NCBI RefSeq assembly: GCF_006345805.1
Contig: NC_043009.1
Location: 1,302,001 to 1,366,000, forward strand
Source of the DNA: Octopus sinensis
Taxonomy: Eukaryota
Direction of reading: 5' to 3'
Length of the DNA stretch: 64,000 bases
In this document: one piece after another, positions 1 to 12,528 of the stretch
How the letters are laid out: every line of letters begins with the position of its first letter
Numbering within the stretch: the stretch's first letter is position 1
The notes under the pieces: generated by a model
What the model was told of the DNA's origin: nothing
Database searches by the model: none
What the model saw: only the letters and a program-made list of their open reading frames with translations
Made by a program: the position numbers and the translations under genes

Positions 1-483
1 TCCCCATAGAGATATTTATTGCCCATCATAAACCAGACCACTTCACTAACACAATGTACGTCATATATTACACTAATTAAATCATAAAATAATTTGAGAG
101 AGAGGGGTGGGGTGGGGGTGGATAGCCTGAGTGAATGAGAAACAAAGGAGCAATATTGTTCAAAAGTGTTGGACACTAAGAGAAAGTTATGCTTATGATA
201 ACGATATTCCGTGTACTGTACACAGAGTCATGAAGGCACCGACCTGCAGGCTTGTTCCAGCTTGTCTGGGGTTTCACTACACAACCATTTTCTCCTGCAC
301 CGACAAAATTAAGAGTCACTAAAAATATATATGATGAATTAACCACAGTATACAACTGGTACCTGTCTTTTTACCTTCCACTTGTTTCAGTCATTGGACT
401 GCAGCCAAAATGGGGAACAGTCTTCAAGAGTTTATTTAGTTGTACTAATCAACACCAGAAGTAATTTGTTTAAAGTCAGGTAA

Positions 484-720
484 GGTGGTGAGCTGGCAGA
501 ATCGTTAGCACGCCGGGCGAAATGCGTAGCTGTATTTCGTCTGCTGTTACATTCCAAGTTCAAATTGTGCCGAGGTCGACTTTGCCTTTCATCCTTTCGG
601 GGTCGATAAATTAAGTACCAGTTACGCACTGGGGTCAATATAATTGACTTAATCTGTTTGTCTGTCCTTGTTTGTCCTATCTGTGTTTAGCCCCTTGTGG
701 GTAGTAAAGAAATAGGTATT
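484..720 (+). mobile_element. SINE family A (ggcgagctggcagaa... head), representative copy
   Basis: Recurs at about 5945-6085(+), 11700-11830(-), 24700-24800(-), 29790-30278(-), 46720-46950(+), 53185-53380(+) and 54830-55055(+). Degenerate pol III A/B boxes (agctggcagaatcg; gagttcaaattc). Confidence 0.85.
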
Positions 721-1338
721 GCTCTCTTTCATTGAAATGCTAAGTTACAGGGATGTAAACAAACCAACAATAGTTGTCAAATGGTGCATGTGTGAGGATG
801 GCAAACACAAACTGAAAGACACACACACACATACATGCATGCACAATGGGTTTCCTCACAGTTTTTGTCAACTGCTTGGCTTGGGCTCTGGTAGAAGATA
901 CTTGCCTATGGTGCTGCACAGTGGAACAACCGAACCTGAAACCACAGGGTTGCAATAGTTTCTGTCACTCCATGATTGCTGCCTTATAACAATTGGTACA
1001 GGACCACCAGAATATGACACTGTACCATGAACAGAATTGGTCTTGGAATATGATTAGTAGTTCTTATTCTATTGAACCATGGAGGAACCAAAGGCAAAGC
1101 CAGTCTTTATCGTTTCTCTTATTTCTTTCAGTCATTAGACCATGGCCCTGCTGGGGCACTGCCTTGTAAAATTTTAGTCGAACACATCAACCCCAGTACT
1201 CATTTTGGCTTTTAAGCCAGGGGCTTGTTCTATCGGTGTCTTTTGCTGAACTGCTAAGGACATCGATAGGTAAACACCCCAACACTGGTTGTCAAACAGT
1301 GGTGGAGACAAACATGGCTACAAAGGCACACACATATA

Positions 1339-1551
1339 CAAGGGGGTACTGGAAAGTTCCTGGCTTCAAAGGTATCATGAATGGTCTGGTTGGAGGCCCA
1401 ACTCTCCGAGTTCTTTTACAGAGCTTAAAAAAACTGAAGGACCACTGCAATAAGAGTGTGAATCTGAGAGGGGAATATGTTGAATAAAGCCATTATTAAC
1501 TGATCCTCTTGTATTTTCTTTTACCCTAAGCCAGGAACCTTTCATCCACCA

Positions 1552-1555
<4 letters not shown>
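1339..1555 (+). mobile_element. Mariner-derived MITE (~210 bp), copy 1
   Basis: TA-flanked, with TIRs caagggggtactggaaagttcctggct / agccaggaacctttcatccacc. Retains the transposase C-terminus HCNKSVNLRGEYVE*. Same family as 55606-55810 in the opposite orientation. Confidence 0.75.
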
Positions 1556-1600
<45 letters not shown>

Positions 1601-1612
1601 ATATATATATAT

Positions 1613-1757
1613 AGGGTTGGTGCATAATTATTGCGGCTTTTTTCAACAAAAACATCTTTAAATGATTATTCCAGAGCATATTCACCATCCACTTCAATTA
1701 CTGCTTTCCCATTTGCTTGGCAGACAGTCAGACCCGTCATTTAAAGATGTTTTTGTT
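1613..1757 (-). mobile_element. Mariner 3'-terminal fragment (Hsmar1/MADE1-like TIR)
   Basis: tagggttggtgcataattattgcgg resembles the MADE1/Hsmar1-type TIR. The minus strand encodes LPSKWE/AVIEVDGEYALE*, like the mariner C-terminal LPERW.KCI...GDY.E. Confidence 0.7.
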
Positions 1758-2581
1758 AAATATTGTTCTTATGTATGTGTATGTTTGTGTGTCTGTGTTT
1801 GTCCCCCCAACATCGCTTGACAACTGATGCTGGTGTGTTTATGTCCCTGTAACTTAGCAGTTCGGCAAAAGAGACTGATAGAATAAGTACTAGGCTTACA
1901 AAGAATAAGTCCCGGGGTCGATTTGCTCGACTAAAGGCGGTGCTCCAGCATGGCCGCAGTCAAATGACTGAAACAAGTAAAAGAGTCTCAGAGCCCTTAT
2001 GCCACTCAGCAGTCTCAGAGGACTAAAGAGACATGATTAGTACCATTGTTCTGACTAAATCACAGTCTCTTTCCTTGTTTCACATAATAATGCTAAATGC
2101 ATTTCTTTTCCAAGTTTCCAGTTCATTGTTTGCAAGGAGAAGCAACAAATGAGTGAAATTGTGAATTAAGTGTCTACAACCATTTGAATGCAAATCGTAG
2201 ACAGAAGTACAAATTTTATACAGAATTTCTATAACACTTTAGCAAGTAAACCAGTTATATCCAGCTCCCCCCCCCCACCATGAATTATGTTACACATTAG
2301 ACTACCTTCTCCAATATCTTCTTCCATCTTTTGAAGGATACTTGGCTGTTATGTTATATATTAAAACTAGTCAAATTCAACTTCTTACCCTACAATGTAA
2401 TTCTAAAAACTATACAAACTATAACACCATTGATATCTCAAAGCTGAGAAAATGCACAATTAATTCAAAGCAATATGAGTAAATAAGCATTACATTTGAC
2501 AAAGTACTATGAATGTTAAAGGATCAAGTTAATGGTTATCAAGAAAATCTGGAGAATTGTCAAGAAATTCATCATATTTAC

Positions 2582-2755
2582 CGAGATTTCAAATTCAGAA
2601 ATGTTGCCATCCAGGAGCTGTATGTTTACTCTTGCCATCTTGCCAGGTTTCGTTACAGTTTTCTTTTTGCTGCTGCTGGGTTCATTCGAGGGTTCCGAAT
2701 TATTCGAGGTGATTAAAAGGGCTGAGGTGCCACTTGTTTCGCCACTTAGCGTTTC
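2582..2755 (-). CDS. Internal coding exon of a FERM-domain (band 4.1 superfamily; EPB41/coracle-like or FARP-like) gene, encoding the N-terminal linker and first strand of the FERM F1 lobe
   Basis: Minus strand: acceptor ttgatttcag| then 174 nt (58 codons, phase 0-0, no stop) ETLSGETSGTSALLITSNNSEPSNEPSSSKKKTVTKPGKMARVNIQLLDGNISEFEIS, then donor |gtaaat. The ARVNIQLLDG...FEI motif matches, from memory, the start of FERM domains (coracle LARVTLLDG; FARP1 GKLVSIKIQMLDDTQEAFEV). As I recall, these families have a phase-0 intron at this position. Subfamily cannot be resolved from one exon. Confidence 0.85.
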
Positions 2756-4323
2756 CTGAAATCAACAAGACAATACATTGTTAGGTAATCATGTGAAGTG
2801 GTTGGACACTAGAGATGAGAGACGGACAGACAGACAGAGATTTGTAGTGTGTGTATGTATATGTTACAAGTACAATGCAATGTATAAGTGTTAAATGTAT
2901 ACACATACTGCATTCATTCATGATTACATGTCATGTAGATGGAGAGACTACATGTTTTTCTACACACATTCTTTAAAACTTCTGATACAAACAGTGCCTA
3001 CAAATAACACAAACATCCACATATTCACAAGACAAAGAGCAGAGTGATTTGCAACTTCCTGACTTGCTAGAGATAACAGTCAAATATCTCTCAAATCATA
3101 CCTTACTGTCCTAAAATATATTTATTTGGGTGTTGTCTCATAAATTTTGAACTTCCAAATTCTTTCTGCAAAGAAGAATCTGGAAGTCACTATCTGACCA
3201 AAGCTGGTTACTGGTTGCTGCTAAATCCAGGTTGGGAGGCAAACTTCTCACCACACAATAACGCCTGTACCACCCTATAGAACATAAAGGTATGTTCTAT
3301 GTAGATAACCCTATATATATTTGTAGTCAATCAGTTCAAATCATTCAAAAAACCCTACTAAAACTTTATTTTGTTTTTCTGTATGCAAATCTCGATCCAT
3401 ACAAATATTCACACATACATCAGTATACTATATTTTCATAGGATGGTGAGAAGGAAAAATAGTGCCTATGATCCTTTCAGAACATGACAGATTCGAAGAT
3501 GTTATCCTCAAGAGCAAGGGCCCGAATACCTCTAACTCAAGGAACTCCAGTCAACAGATAAAATTAACCAGCCAAAAACAGGATTTGTCCTAAGGATTCT
3601 ATGGTTTTTCTCCACTAAATTTCATTCACAAGGCTTTATTTTACATGAAGGTAGAATAGAAAAAACACTTGCCCAAGCCACCACAAGGTATCACACGATG
3701 GGAGTGAACCTGGAACCTTGTAGTTTCAAAGCAAACTTTTCCATATATAACAAATACATCTATCCATACACACCAATCAATACAATCTATCAGAACACAC
3801 ATACAAAACAATTTTAAACACGAAAGGACTATATTTTTTTTCCTATATTAAACTAGGTTTTCCCTACAGTGAAATATAGGGCACAGTTTGTGTTCTACAT
3901 AAACAACAACCTGTAAATATGAAAAGTACAAATATCAACAATCAATGGCAATACTGTGAATGTGTGAAATATCAGGTGACAGTCACTTCAATATTGTATT
4001 AGTTTTGAAATAAGGTAAGTCAGTAGTTTCGTAAGTATAAAGACTTGATGCTGAATAAACTACTGAAAATTTTGAACTTCTTTGAGCTTCCTGAAAATTA
4101 CACTGAGAATCTGCTTTTGATTCTGAGAAGCAAACGGCATCTTTAGAACTATGAAAATAAAAATCATTTTCTTAGGGCCCCTTGTATCTCAGCTAAAAAA
4201 AATCCAATTTTTTGATCTTAAAGGTTTGTAATGAAACTTTCATTTTCATATTATGTTCTTTTGAATTTGATAACCAGAAATAATTTATCTATAAATGGTA
4301 AATGCATGTGAGGGAGGGAGGGG

Positions 4324-4358
<35 letters not shown>

Positions 4359-5339
4359 TTCTACATATTTATGAATACCTTTGTTGTTATATGTTGCACA
4401 TGGAGTGGAGAGAGAAGTGCTCTCTCTCAGTGAATTTGTCAAATGGTGAGTGACTTTGGCAAAAAGGGTTAGGGTGAATGGACCTACTCTAAGTATAGAT
4501 TAGAGAACAACAGTCAGGCAAGTGCTTGTGCCCTATGTGGTCAGGGTGATCCTGGATTTGTAGAGTCCCTTGACTGGCCTTAATAGGAGGTTCTCCTGTT
4601 TCAGGAAGACTGCATCATACATATACCTTTATCTCATTCCACCTCCCTACCGCTCCCTTACTCATGTCTTTTACATAAACACCCATGCAAACTGTAAACT
4701 GTTCTTGTAAGGCCATCCTTAACAGATACCCCAATGGCAAACACCAGAAATCCTTATTACATTATGTTCAGTAAGTTACAAACTTTAGATATGTAAATAC
4801 TTAATGAATAAATAAATATTTGAGCTATGAAGAAGTACTTAATGAAAAGCCAAACAAGAAGGAGGGTGGAGGTTTAGGGTAACATGAATATAAAAAAGGG
4901 AATTATTAAGAGAAATGGGTGTAAAAGAAAGTGGAAATTTATAAAGCAAGCTACAAGTTGACCTAAGAAAAGAAAGTTCACATCCTTCGTTTGTCACTAA
5001 ATATTTCAATGCCTGCTTGCCTTCTTGATAATTATACTGGTGGGAATAAATTGCAAAGCATGACATGTACTGATTCACAAATAGACTAAAATGTTAAATT
5101 GGCGAGACGAGTGTAGAGACGACATGTATATGGCAACAGAGAGTAAAAAGTGTTGAAGACGTAAATTATTTCCTACCAACACGGTAATGTGCAATAATTA
5201 AATAAATATAAATAAAAACCTAATATCACTATTCCTTGATCGAAGTTAATTGAATAGTTAAATGTCAGAGCTGAGTTATTTTTATTAAGATTATAATTTT
5301 CAGAACCATTAACTCCATCTTTAGAGTGTATCCTAATCA

Positions 5340-5520
5340 TTTTAGGTCTGCTTTCCCTGCTGGCATGGGATGGACAGGTCATCATGGTCCAAGTAATTTC
5401 TTATTGAGAGTTGTTGCTCCCACAGACTTGGTACTCATGTGTGTCTTCAGATCAGCCTTCACCACTTTGTCCCAAGTCCTATAGAAAAGGAAGACCACAG
5501 ATGACTTGGGATGAAGGCTA
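5340..5520 (-). mobile_element. RTE/RTEX-like LINE 3' fragment
   Basis: The minus strand encodes RTWDKVVKADLK, like the RKTW..VV..DL motif near RTE ORF ends. Confidence 0.45.
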
Positions 5521-6529
5521 ACTTGGAAAGCATATTTATAATATTTACATATAAACATGCATCTGTGGCCTTGAGAAGAAAGAAAGACATTGTTGACCTT
5601 TGATAAGAAATAAAGGGTACCTAGTTTGAAATCTATTTGATGTCATGTAATTTTCAATATCTGATGATGATTTAAAATGAGGCTAATTAGTGTGAAAAGT
5701 TTTTAATTTAACGACTGAAAATTATGATTGATGCAAGTCCACACATTTATAGGGGATGGGTATAGTTTATTGAATTAACTGATATATATATACTACCATT
5801 ACTTTAATTGCTATTAGAGAACTGTTGATTTGAATTCAGTTCATAGGGAGATAACACTAGAGATAGAAGAGATTTTAGTGGAGTACAGGGGAGTTTTTCC
5901 ACCAAGACAGTTTCTGCTATAAATTTGCAAGAGATAAAGATGGAGAGCTCGCTGAATTGCTAGCATGCCGAGTGAAAAGCTTAGTGGTATTTCATCTGTC
6001 TTTATATTCTGAGTTCAAATTCTGCTGTGGTCAACTTGGCCATTCATGCTTTCAGTTGAGTACTGGGGTCAATGTAATTGACTTATCTACTCCCGAGTAT
6101 GAGTATAAAAACTGCATCCCTCTGCCAAGCCATGTTGAACCAGTGTGGCAGAGTAAGCTCATCAAACCAGTATGATCTTGAGTCATTCTCTGGCAGAGAG
6201 AAGATGCTGAGGCTTTTGTCCTGCAGCAGACTGAATATGGGCAATCCAATGCAATCCAGATGAAGTCTTATTGGCTGGAACTGACTTTATGAACTGAAAA
6301 GGGACGATAGGTCAAAGTGACTCCAGCAAGCTGGATAGCTAGACTCAAGAGCAGAAGAAACTCAGTTGTCAAGCTGTTCATCTGCCATTCCACGAATAGT
6401 TTATTTGATTATTTCAGCTTTAAAAGACACAGCATTGTTATTAGATTTATTTATTTATTATTGGTAATCTTTAGTCAAGGGGTAGCAACACCTTTGTAGG
6501 CAGACAACTGTCACAGGTGACATTGATAT

Positions 6530-6800
6530 AGTTGTTGTTTAGTTTGTTGAACATTTTTTGAAGTCAATGGCTGCAGGGAAAGAAATTCCAGAGAATTGAC
6601 ATTCTGGGACAAAGCAGCAAGTGCAGTGGGACTGGGTATTGAGAGAAAAGTATGTCAAGTGGAGGCAGGACTGTGTGTGACAAAAGAAGAAAAAGTCTCA
6701 AGTGTCGTCAGTTAAGGCAACTAGCCTTCCTTACCTGACACTTACCTGAGTTCAGAGAGAGGAAAGAAACTGTTGTAGCAATGACAGAACAAGTAGCAGG
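6530..6800 (-). mobile_element. CR1/L2-type LINE 3' end
   Basis: Minus strand tttgtcccagaatgtcaattctctggaatttctttccctgcagccattgacttcaaaaaatgttcaacaaactaaacaacaac resembles FVPR.S.LWNSLP..FPA..DLQ.FK followed by a short tandem tail. Confidence 0.5.
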
Positions 6801-6877
6801 AGGAGACAAATAAATGTTCAAAATTATAGGTTTTCATTTGACAAAGAAAGAAGATTTCTCTCCCTCTCCAATTTATA

Positions 6878-8020
6878 CAGGGCGAGTAAGATATTTGAGG
6901 ACAGATTTATGTTTATAAAAAAAAAATATATAACAACAGATAATAACTATATCAAAAAATGCTATGGGGATAAAAATAGACCTTCTCTTCTATAATATTA
7001 TTTTTAAAAGCCACCTTCAACTTCAACAACTGCTTCTATATGCTCAAATCAAGTGGTCCTGGTGCATTTTGGACATTACCCTGACTATGGTAGCTTTCAA
7101 AGAATCTTTGGTGTTATGGGCATGTTCATTGACCTCTCTCTCAACAATGCTACACATGTAATAGCCCAATGGAGTGTGATCTGGGGAATTAGGAGGCCAA
7201 ATATTAGGGGTTATGTGATCATGAAAATTTTCAGCCATCCATTCCTGTGTTACTAGAGCCATGTGTGATAGTGCAGAGTCTTACTGAAACGCATATGGCC
7301 TTCCATTGCATACACTATCCAGGGGCTTAATTATTTCCAGGACCTCAATGTAGGCAGCCGAGTTAACTCTAAGGGCTTGTGGAAAGAAGTAAGGAGGCAT
7401 CACTTGTCCTTCATTACTGACAACCCCTAAAACCATGACAGTTGCAGGAAATTTTGTATGCATAACACTTGGAACTTCATAGGGGTCTGTACATAACCAT
7501 CTGTCATTTCTTCTGCTAACTTATTGATCTTGGTCGAAGTTTTTCTCGTTTCAGAAAAACTGAATCTTCTGGATTTTCAGTTTGTTTCAGAGCCTTTTAG
7601 ATCAGACGTAGTGATTTTCTTTTGCTTTATCTAACAAACTGACCTTTCCTCATCATCTAAGACTTATATCTGATGTCTTTGTGGACAACATTTCTGACTG
7701 TTCCTTCTGACACATGGAGATCTTCTACAATTCACCTCATGGACTTTCTGGGATTATAATCAATGGTCTGTTGAACTTGCTGGATAAATTCAGGTGTTCT
7801 GATGATTTCAGAGCATTTAGAATGTTTTTTCTGCTTTGATACTGGTGACACGTTTCCATCTTCAGTCTCTCGCTCCTTACAAACTTTGTAGATGAAAGAG
7901 TTGGCAACTTTTAAAAATAGAGATATTTCTAAATCCCTATGCTCAACCTTTATAACCACAATAACAGCATGCCTTTTCATTTCTTGAGCTAGCTGAGTCT
8001 ACCATACCTTACGCACCCTG
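6878..8020 (-). mobile_element. Near full-length degenerate Tc1/mariner-superfamily DNA transposon, DD37D (maT/mori) type
   Basis: TA-flanked imperfect TIRs (cagggcgagtaag at 6878; cttacgcaccctg ending 8020). Frameshifted transposase pieces: MKRHAVIV...TPEFIQQVQQ, TKFPATVMVLGVVSNEG..PPYFF, FQ*DSA...WPPNSPDHTPLGYY. There are 37 residues between the QDS aspartate and the third catalytic position, here mutated D to G. Confidence 0.88.
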
Positions 8021-8210
8021 TATGTATGTGTGTGTGTGTGTATATATATAAAATCATTGTTTAACATCCACTTTCCATGCTGGCATGTGTTGGACAGTTT
8101 GACATGGAATTGGTCGAGACCCCAGTTGTCTGTTGTGGCATGATTGCTATGGCTGAATGCTCTTTCTAATGCCAATCACTCAACAGAGTGAGCTGGGTGC
8201 TTTTTACATG

Positions 8211-8254
<44 letters not shown>

Positions 8255-8262
<8 letters not shown>

Positions 8263-8480
8263 CATCTTCATTTAATATTAACTTTTCCAGGCTTGTATGG
8301 GTGAGATGAAATTTGTTGAGGCAAATTTTCTATGACCACATGCTCTTCCAATCGCTAAGCCTCAACTATTTCCAAGCAAGGTAATATTTCCCCCATGGGC
8401 AGGTATGTTTTTCATGGAAGAGTGGAAATGAGCAACATCACTCTTATGATGATCATCATATCTACAATCATAATGTCAAG
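8255..8480 (-). mobile_element. Interspersed repeat family G (related to family C: (cat)n..ttccatgcttgtatgggtcagatggaatttgttgagg)
   Basis: Copies at about 36250-36480, 42895-43100, 47530-47740 and 62030-62130. Confidence 0.65.
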
Positions 8481-9219
8481 ACAACAGTACACACAAACAC
8501 ACACATACATATACGACCGGCTTCCAATTTCAACCTATCAAATCCACTAATACAGCTTCAGTTGGCTTGGGGCTCTGGTAGAAGACACTTGCCCAAAGTG
8601 CCACACAGTGGGACTGAACCCGGGACCACATAGTTTGGAAGCAAGTTTCTTAACCATGTAACCACATCTGAGCTGTGTGTGTGTATATATATATACATAC
8701 ATACATACATACATACACACACACACATATATATACACCAGATAATAGAACAATTACATATTCATTTAAGATAGGAATACACAAATACACTCCTGGCTTT
8801 TGTACATAAATGATGCTTTAGACAAGTCTACAGAAGAGAGAGAGAGAGAGAGAGAGCGTGAGGTACTTGATTACAAACTCATACTAAAAGTTTTTGTAAA
8901 ACCACCTTGAAAAATTAGGTAGTATTGGTTGCTGCTGCTTAGTCCTAAGACAGCCCTGACTGACCAGAGTTATGATGAAAGGCAGGCACTCTAGCCATGC
9001 CTATCCCTTCTTTCACCCCTGTAGACATGCTACCTAAGCCTGTCATGGGAAGAAGATTTGGCTGCAATTTCAGGTAGTTTTAATGGCTCTGCAAAGGCTA
9101 CTCCATTTGTTTATAAAAGTCTAAAGTTTGTCCAAAGTAGTAGTAGTATGAGATATAGCATTACAGAACATCTAAGCATAGTTTTAAATGTATAAACCCT
9201 TACATGTATAAACTAACAT

Positions 9220-9830
9220 CTAAGACTTTAACATTCAGATTACCCTGTCAAATGTAATCCTTATTTATTTACAATGTTTAGAATTAATCATGCATTATAT
9301 CATAGCTTCAAGACTTTGATAATATGATTGTTTATTCTCAGAAAAATATTGTAAGGTAGGTGAGTGAGCGATCAGATCTCTTTTTCTCTTTTTACTTGTT
9401 TCAGTCATTTGACTGCAGCCATGCTGGAGCACCGCCTTTAGTCGAGCTAATCAACCCCAGGACTTATTCTTTGTAAGCCTAGTACTTATTCTATCAGTCT
9501 CTTTTGCTGAACTGCTAAGTAACGGGGATGTAAAGACACTAGCATCGGTTGTCAAGTGATGTTGGGGGGACAAACACATACACACAAACATACATATATA
9601 CGACGGGCTTCTTTCAGTTTCTGTCTACCAAATCCACTCACAAGGCTTTGGCCGGCCCGAGGCTATAATAGAAGACACTTGCCCAAGATGTTACGCAGTG
9701 GGACTGAACCCAGAACCATGTGGTTGGTAAGCAAGCTACTTACCACACAGCCAATCCTGCACCTAGCTTGAATACAAAACAGAAAGAATTTTTGGGTTGG
9801 ATATGACCAGTTTAAAAGCCAAAGGGTTAA
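9220..9830 (+). mobile_element. piggyBac-like MITE (TTAA-CCCT...AGGG-TTAA family) interrupted by a full-length SINE-B
   Basis: Halves 9220-9380 and 9764-9830 (ending aaagggttaa) match other copies at 2330-2530, 36950-37574 and 48030-48428. CCCT/AGGG termini with TTAA are the piggyBac signature. Confidence 0.6.
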
Positions 9831-10299
9831 TATAAACCAAGGGTTTTCAATCATCTTTTATCAATGGACCCTTTTTTATTATTATTTTATTCTGGTGTAC
9901 CCCCATAGCCATTCAATGTTTAAAAACTAATTTTATAGGAACATCTTTCAAAATTCTTATTTTGTTTTTCTCACATTGACTTGTGTAGATTGAACTGTGT
10001 AAAATGTTAGAGAAAGAAACCCAGCTGTTTCTTGCAATACATACCAATTAATACATCTAGAGCAAAATTTTCTTAGAGGTCCTTAAAATGCTATTGCGAA
10101 TTCCCAATTTACTATTTTGTTGTGTGGACTCCCCAAAATTTTATATGGGCCCTCAGGGGCCATATGGTCCCTAGTTAAGAACCACTAATATAAACAATCC
10201 TTGATTCCTAAGCTGAAAAATTTAATGGCCATTCTTGTTTGATCAGCAGAATTAAACCACAGTCCAGTCATAGACCCAAACTAACTGGTAGAACTGTGC

Positions 10300-11150
10300 T
10301 AAAAAAGGAAGAAATGAAGAACTCAAACTACATCCTTATATGCACCAAGAATGCATGCATTTTAGAAGAATCACACCTTACTGTCTGATGAGTGACATAG
10401 AAAATGGCACATCATAAGATTTAGTGAACTTCAAAGATCTGGCAAAGTGCTAAAAGAAATAAAACATTACTATCTTTTCTGCCACATCAGTGAAAAGATA
10501 TGAAGAATGGCATTAAGGAATTCAACAATATTTCTGATCAAGTTGCCAAATGTACCTTGAAGATATCAAAGAAGTACAGCCTCAAAATAACCAAAGTATT
10601 TGCACCAACAATTGCAAATACTTAAGAATTGGAACTATTGAATGAAGATATTGATGAGGAAAGTGACCGTAATAAGATGTTTTAAGCACCAAGAACAAGA
10701 AAAGGAATACTGCTGAGTAAAATGATCACAAAAGAAATGACAAGACAAACCTGCAGATATTTCTATCTGTCAAACAGCATTAAAAAAAAAACCCAGTACT
10801 ATCTTTAAAATAAGCATGAATAAAGAGACATGAAGAACTCAACTTTCTATGAAATATATTATAATCATATCCTAAGAATATTCAAGTATTTAACAAAGTC
10901 AAAAGCAGAATGAATGTTAAGTGGTAAGCTTGCAAAATGGAAGAAATCACTCTACTAAGCATTGACAAGATCATTTTCAAGCCGACCTTAACACAATGGT
11001 AATTAAACAACTAACACAAAGTGACGGCACTGACATTTCAAAAGAGAATCTAGAAAAAGCCCTCATTACATCAACTGAATACTACAGGGAAACATTAGAG
11101 AAAAACCAACAAACTACATCGGAGAATCTTGAAACTGATAAAAATAATAT
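10300..11150 (+). mobile_element. Degenerate RTE-clade LINE, endonuclease (APE) region
   Basis: Broken frames give FNNISDQVAKCTLK and KYSLKITKVFAPTIANT*ELELLNEDI, like the RTE APE motif SDRVA.L...LKIIQVYAPT....EE.E.FYEDI. Many stops. Confidence 0.55.
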
Positions 11151-12489
11151 GAAAAAAAAACAAAAACGAAAAAACAAACAAACAAAACATCTAGACAACT
11201 AACTCAAAGATACAATGGAAAGAGCAGAATTTATATAAACAGATAATGGGAAAATAGTGAGGATTGAAGAAAACACTACAAAGATATAATAGAAACAATT
11301 TGATTGGGGTTCAGTCCCACTGGGTGACACCTTGGGCAGGTTTCTCCTACTATAGGCAGAAGTCAACCGGTGTCTTGTGAATGAATTTGGTAGGCGGAAA
11401 CTATGTGGAAGCTTGTCGAGTGTGTGCATGTATTGTGTCTATTTGCTGCCATCGCCTCCACTGCTTGACAATTGGTATTGGTTTGCTTATGTCCATGTAA
11501 CATGGTGGCCTGGGAAAAGAGACAGGTAGACAAGTACCAGTCTTCAAAATTAGTACTGGGGGCAATTTGTTGGACTAAACCCTTCAAGGCAGCATCTCAT
11601 TATGGCTGCAGTCCAACTGAATAACAATTAGTACAAAATGAAAACAAAAAAAAAAAAGGGGAAGACTTCCCGCCAAGGAAAAGCATCACTGGAGCCACAA
11701 TAATAACCCTTTCTAATATAGCCACAAGGCCTGAAATTGGTGAAGGGGATACAGTCGATTACATCGACCCCAATGCTCAGCTGGTACTTGTTTCATCGAC
11801 TCCGAAAGGATAAAAGGCAAAGTCGACCCCCCCCCCCTGCATGTATATTGTCTTTACAGACGTCCCAAAAAGCGTTCGATTCTGGGAAATTCCAGCGGTT
11901 ATGGCACGTATAACTAAAGTGGAGAAACAGGTCTTATTATAAGGTTTTATTAGACAACACAAAAAAACAGATACGAAACAATTTCATCCGCCCCCCCCCC
12001 CCCGAGGCTTAAGACATCGAGATTTTATTTCACCAAACGTTTTAATAAAACTGGACAGGGATGAATGAAGGTGAAACAGTAGCCAGGTATTAGAATTACA
12101 AGGTAAATTAGGGCCTCAAACTATGTCTTAGAACTAAATGCAGAAAGCAAGGACAGAACTAATGAACCGATATATATATATATATATAGGAAGAGAGAGA
12201 GAGAGAGAGAGAGAGAATACTTTTACAAGAAGGGAGGGGTGATTGGCTCCGAAGTTTCGGTTGGCTACCCTTCGTCAGACTAAAAAAGTACTGAGTAATT
12301 CTTCAGTTTAATGTTAAATTGTTTTTATATATAACTTGACACAAAAGCAAACACTTATATCTGCATGATTTCGATAACCCCCCCCCCCCCCAAAAAAAAA
12401 AACTGATGTAACATCTGGCCAAGTTAAACAATTAGTTCCACTGACCTCGGTCAACGAGGAGAAAGAAAGAAAACCCCCGGTTGATTTAC

Positions 12490-12528
12490 CTCGGCGAATA
12501 ACTCTTCGGGACTGTAGATGATTTTCAT
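12490..12528 (-). CDS. Candidate start-codon exon of the FERM gene (MKIIYSPEELFAE)
   Basis: Minus strand ATG AAA ATC ATC TAC AGT CCC GAA GAG TTA TTC GCC GAG|gtaaat: 13 codons and a phase-0 donor compatible with the phase-0 exon at 2755. A possible acceptor (gtcttttcag|) at 12556 gives a 28-nt UTR part. Lies at the edge of the CpG-rich domain. No homology support. Confidence 0.5.

Noticed and set aside
131-322. 63-aa plus-strand ORF, or a minus-strand mini-exon RKWLCSETPDKLEQAC as the next FERM exon
   Set aside because: No recognisable homology. Phase-0 entry at the available acceptors hits stop codons, so it cannot follow the 2582 donor in frame.
6730-6780. Twin minus-strand donors (cag|gtaagt, cag|gtaagg) as a microexon of the FERM gene
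   Set aside because: They lie in a decayed LINE, and the 24-nt candidate has an in-frame stop in phase 0.
10380-10410. Other CTGATGA motifs (10385, 44090, 54803, 45783) as hammerhead ribozymes
   Set aside because: No properly spaced GAAA with pairable stems II and I could be found by eye.
10996-11202. 68-aa K/E-rich ORF as a host gene
   Set aside because: Sits within the degenerate RTE relic and ends in A-rich low complexity.
11862-11932. Short segment with splice-like signals on both strands as a FERM coding exon
   Set aside because: The minus-strand version is 56 nt with a stop in the frame required by the phase-0 upstream donor; the plus-strand donor is weak.
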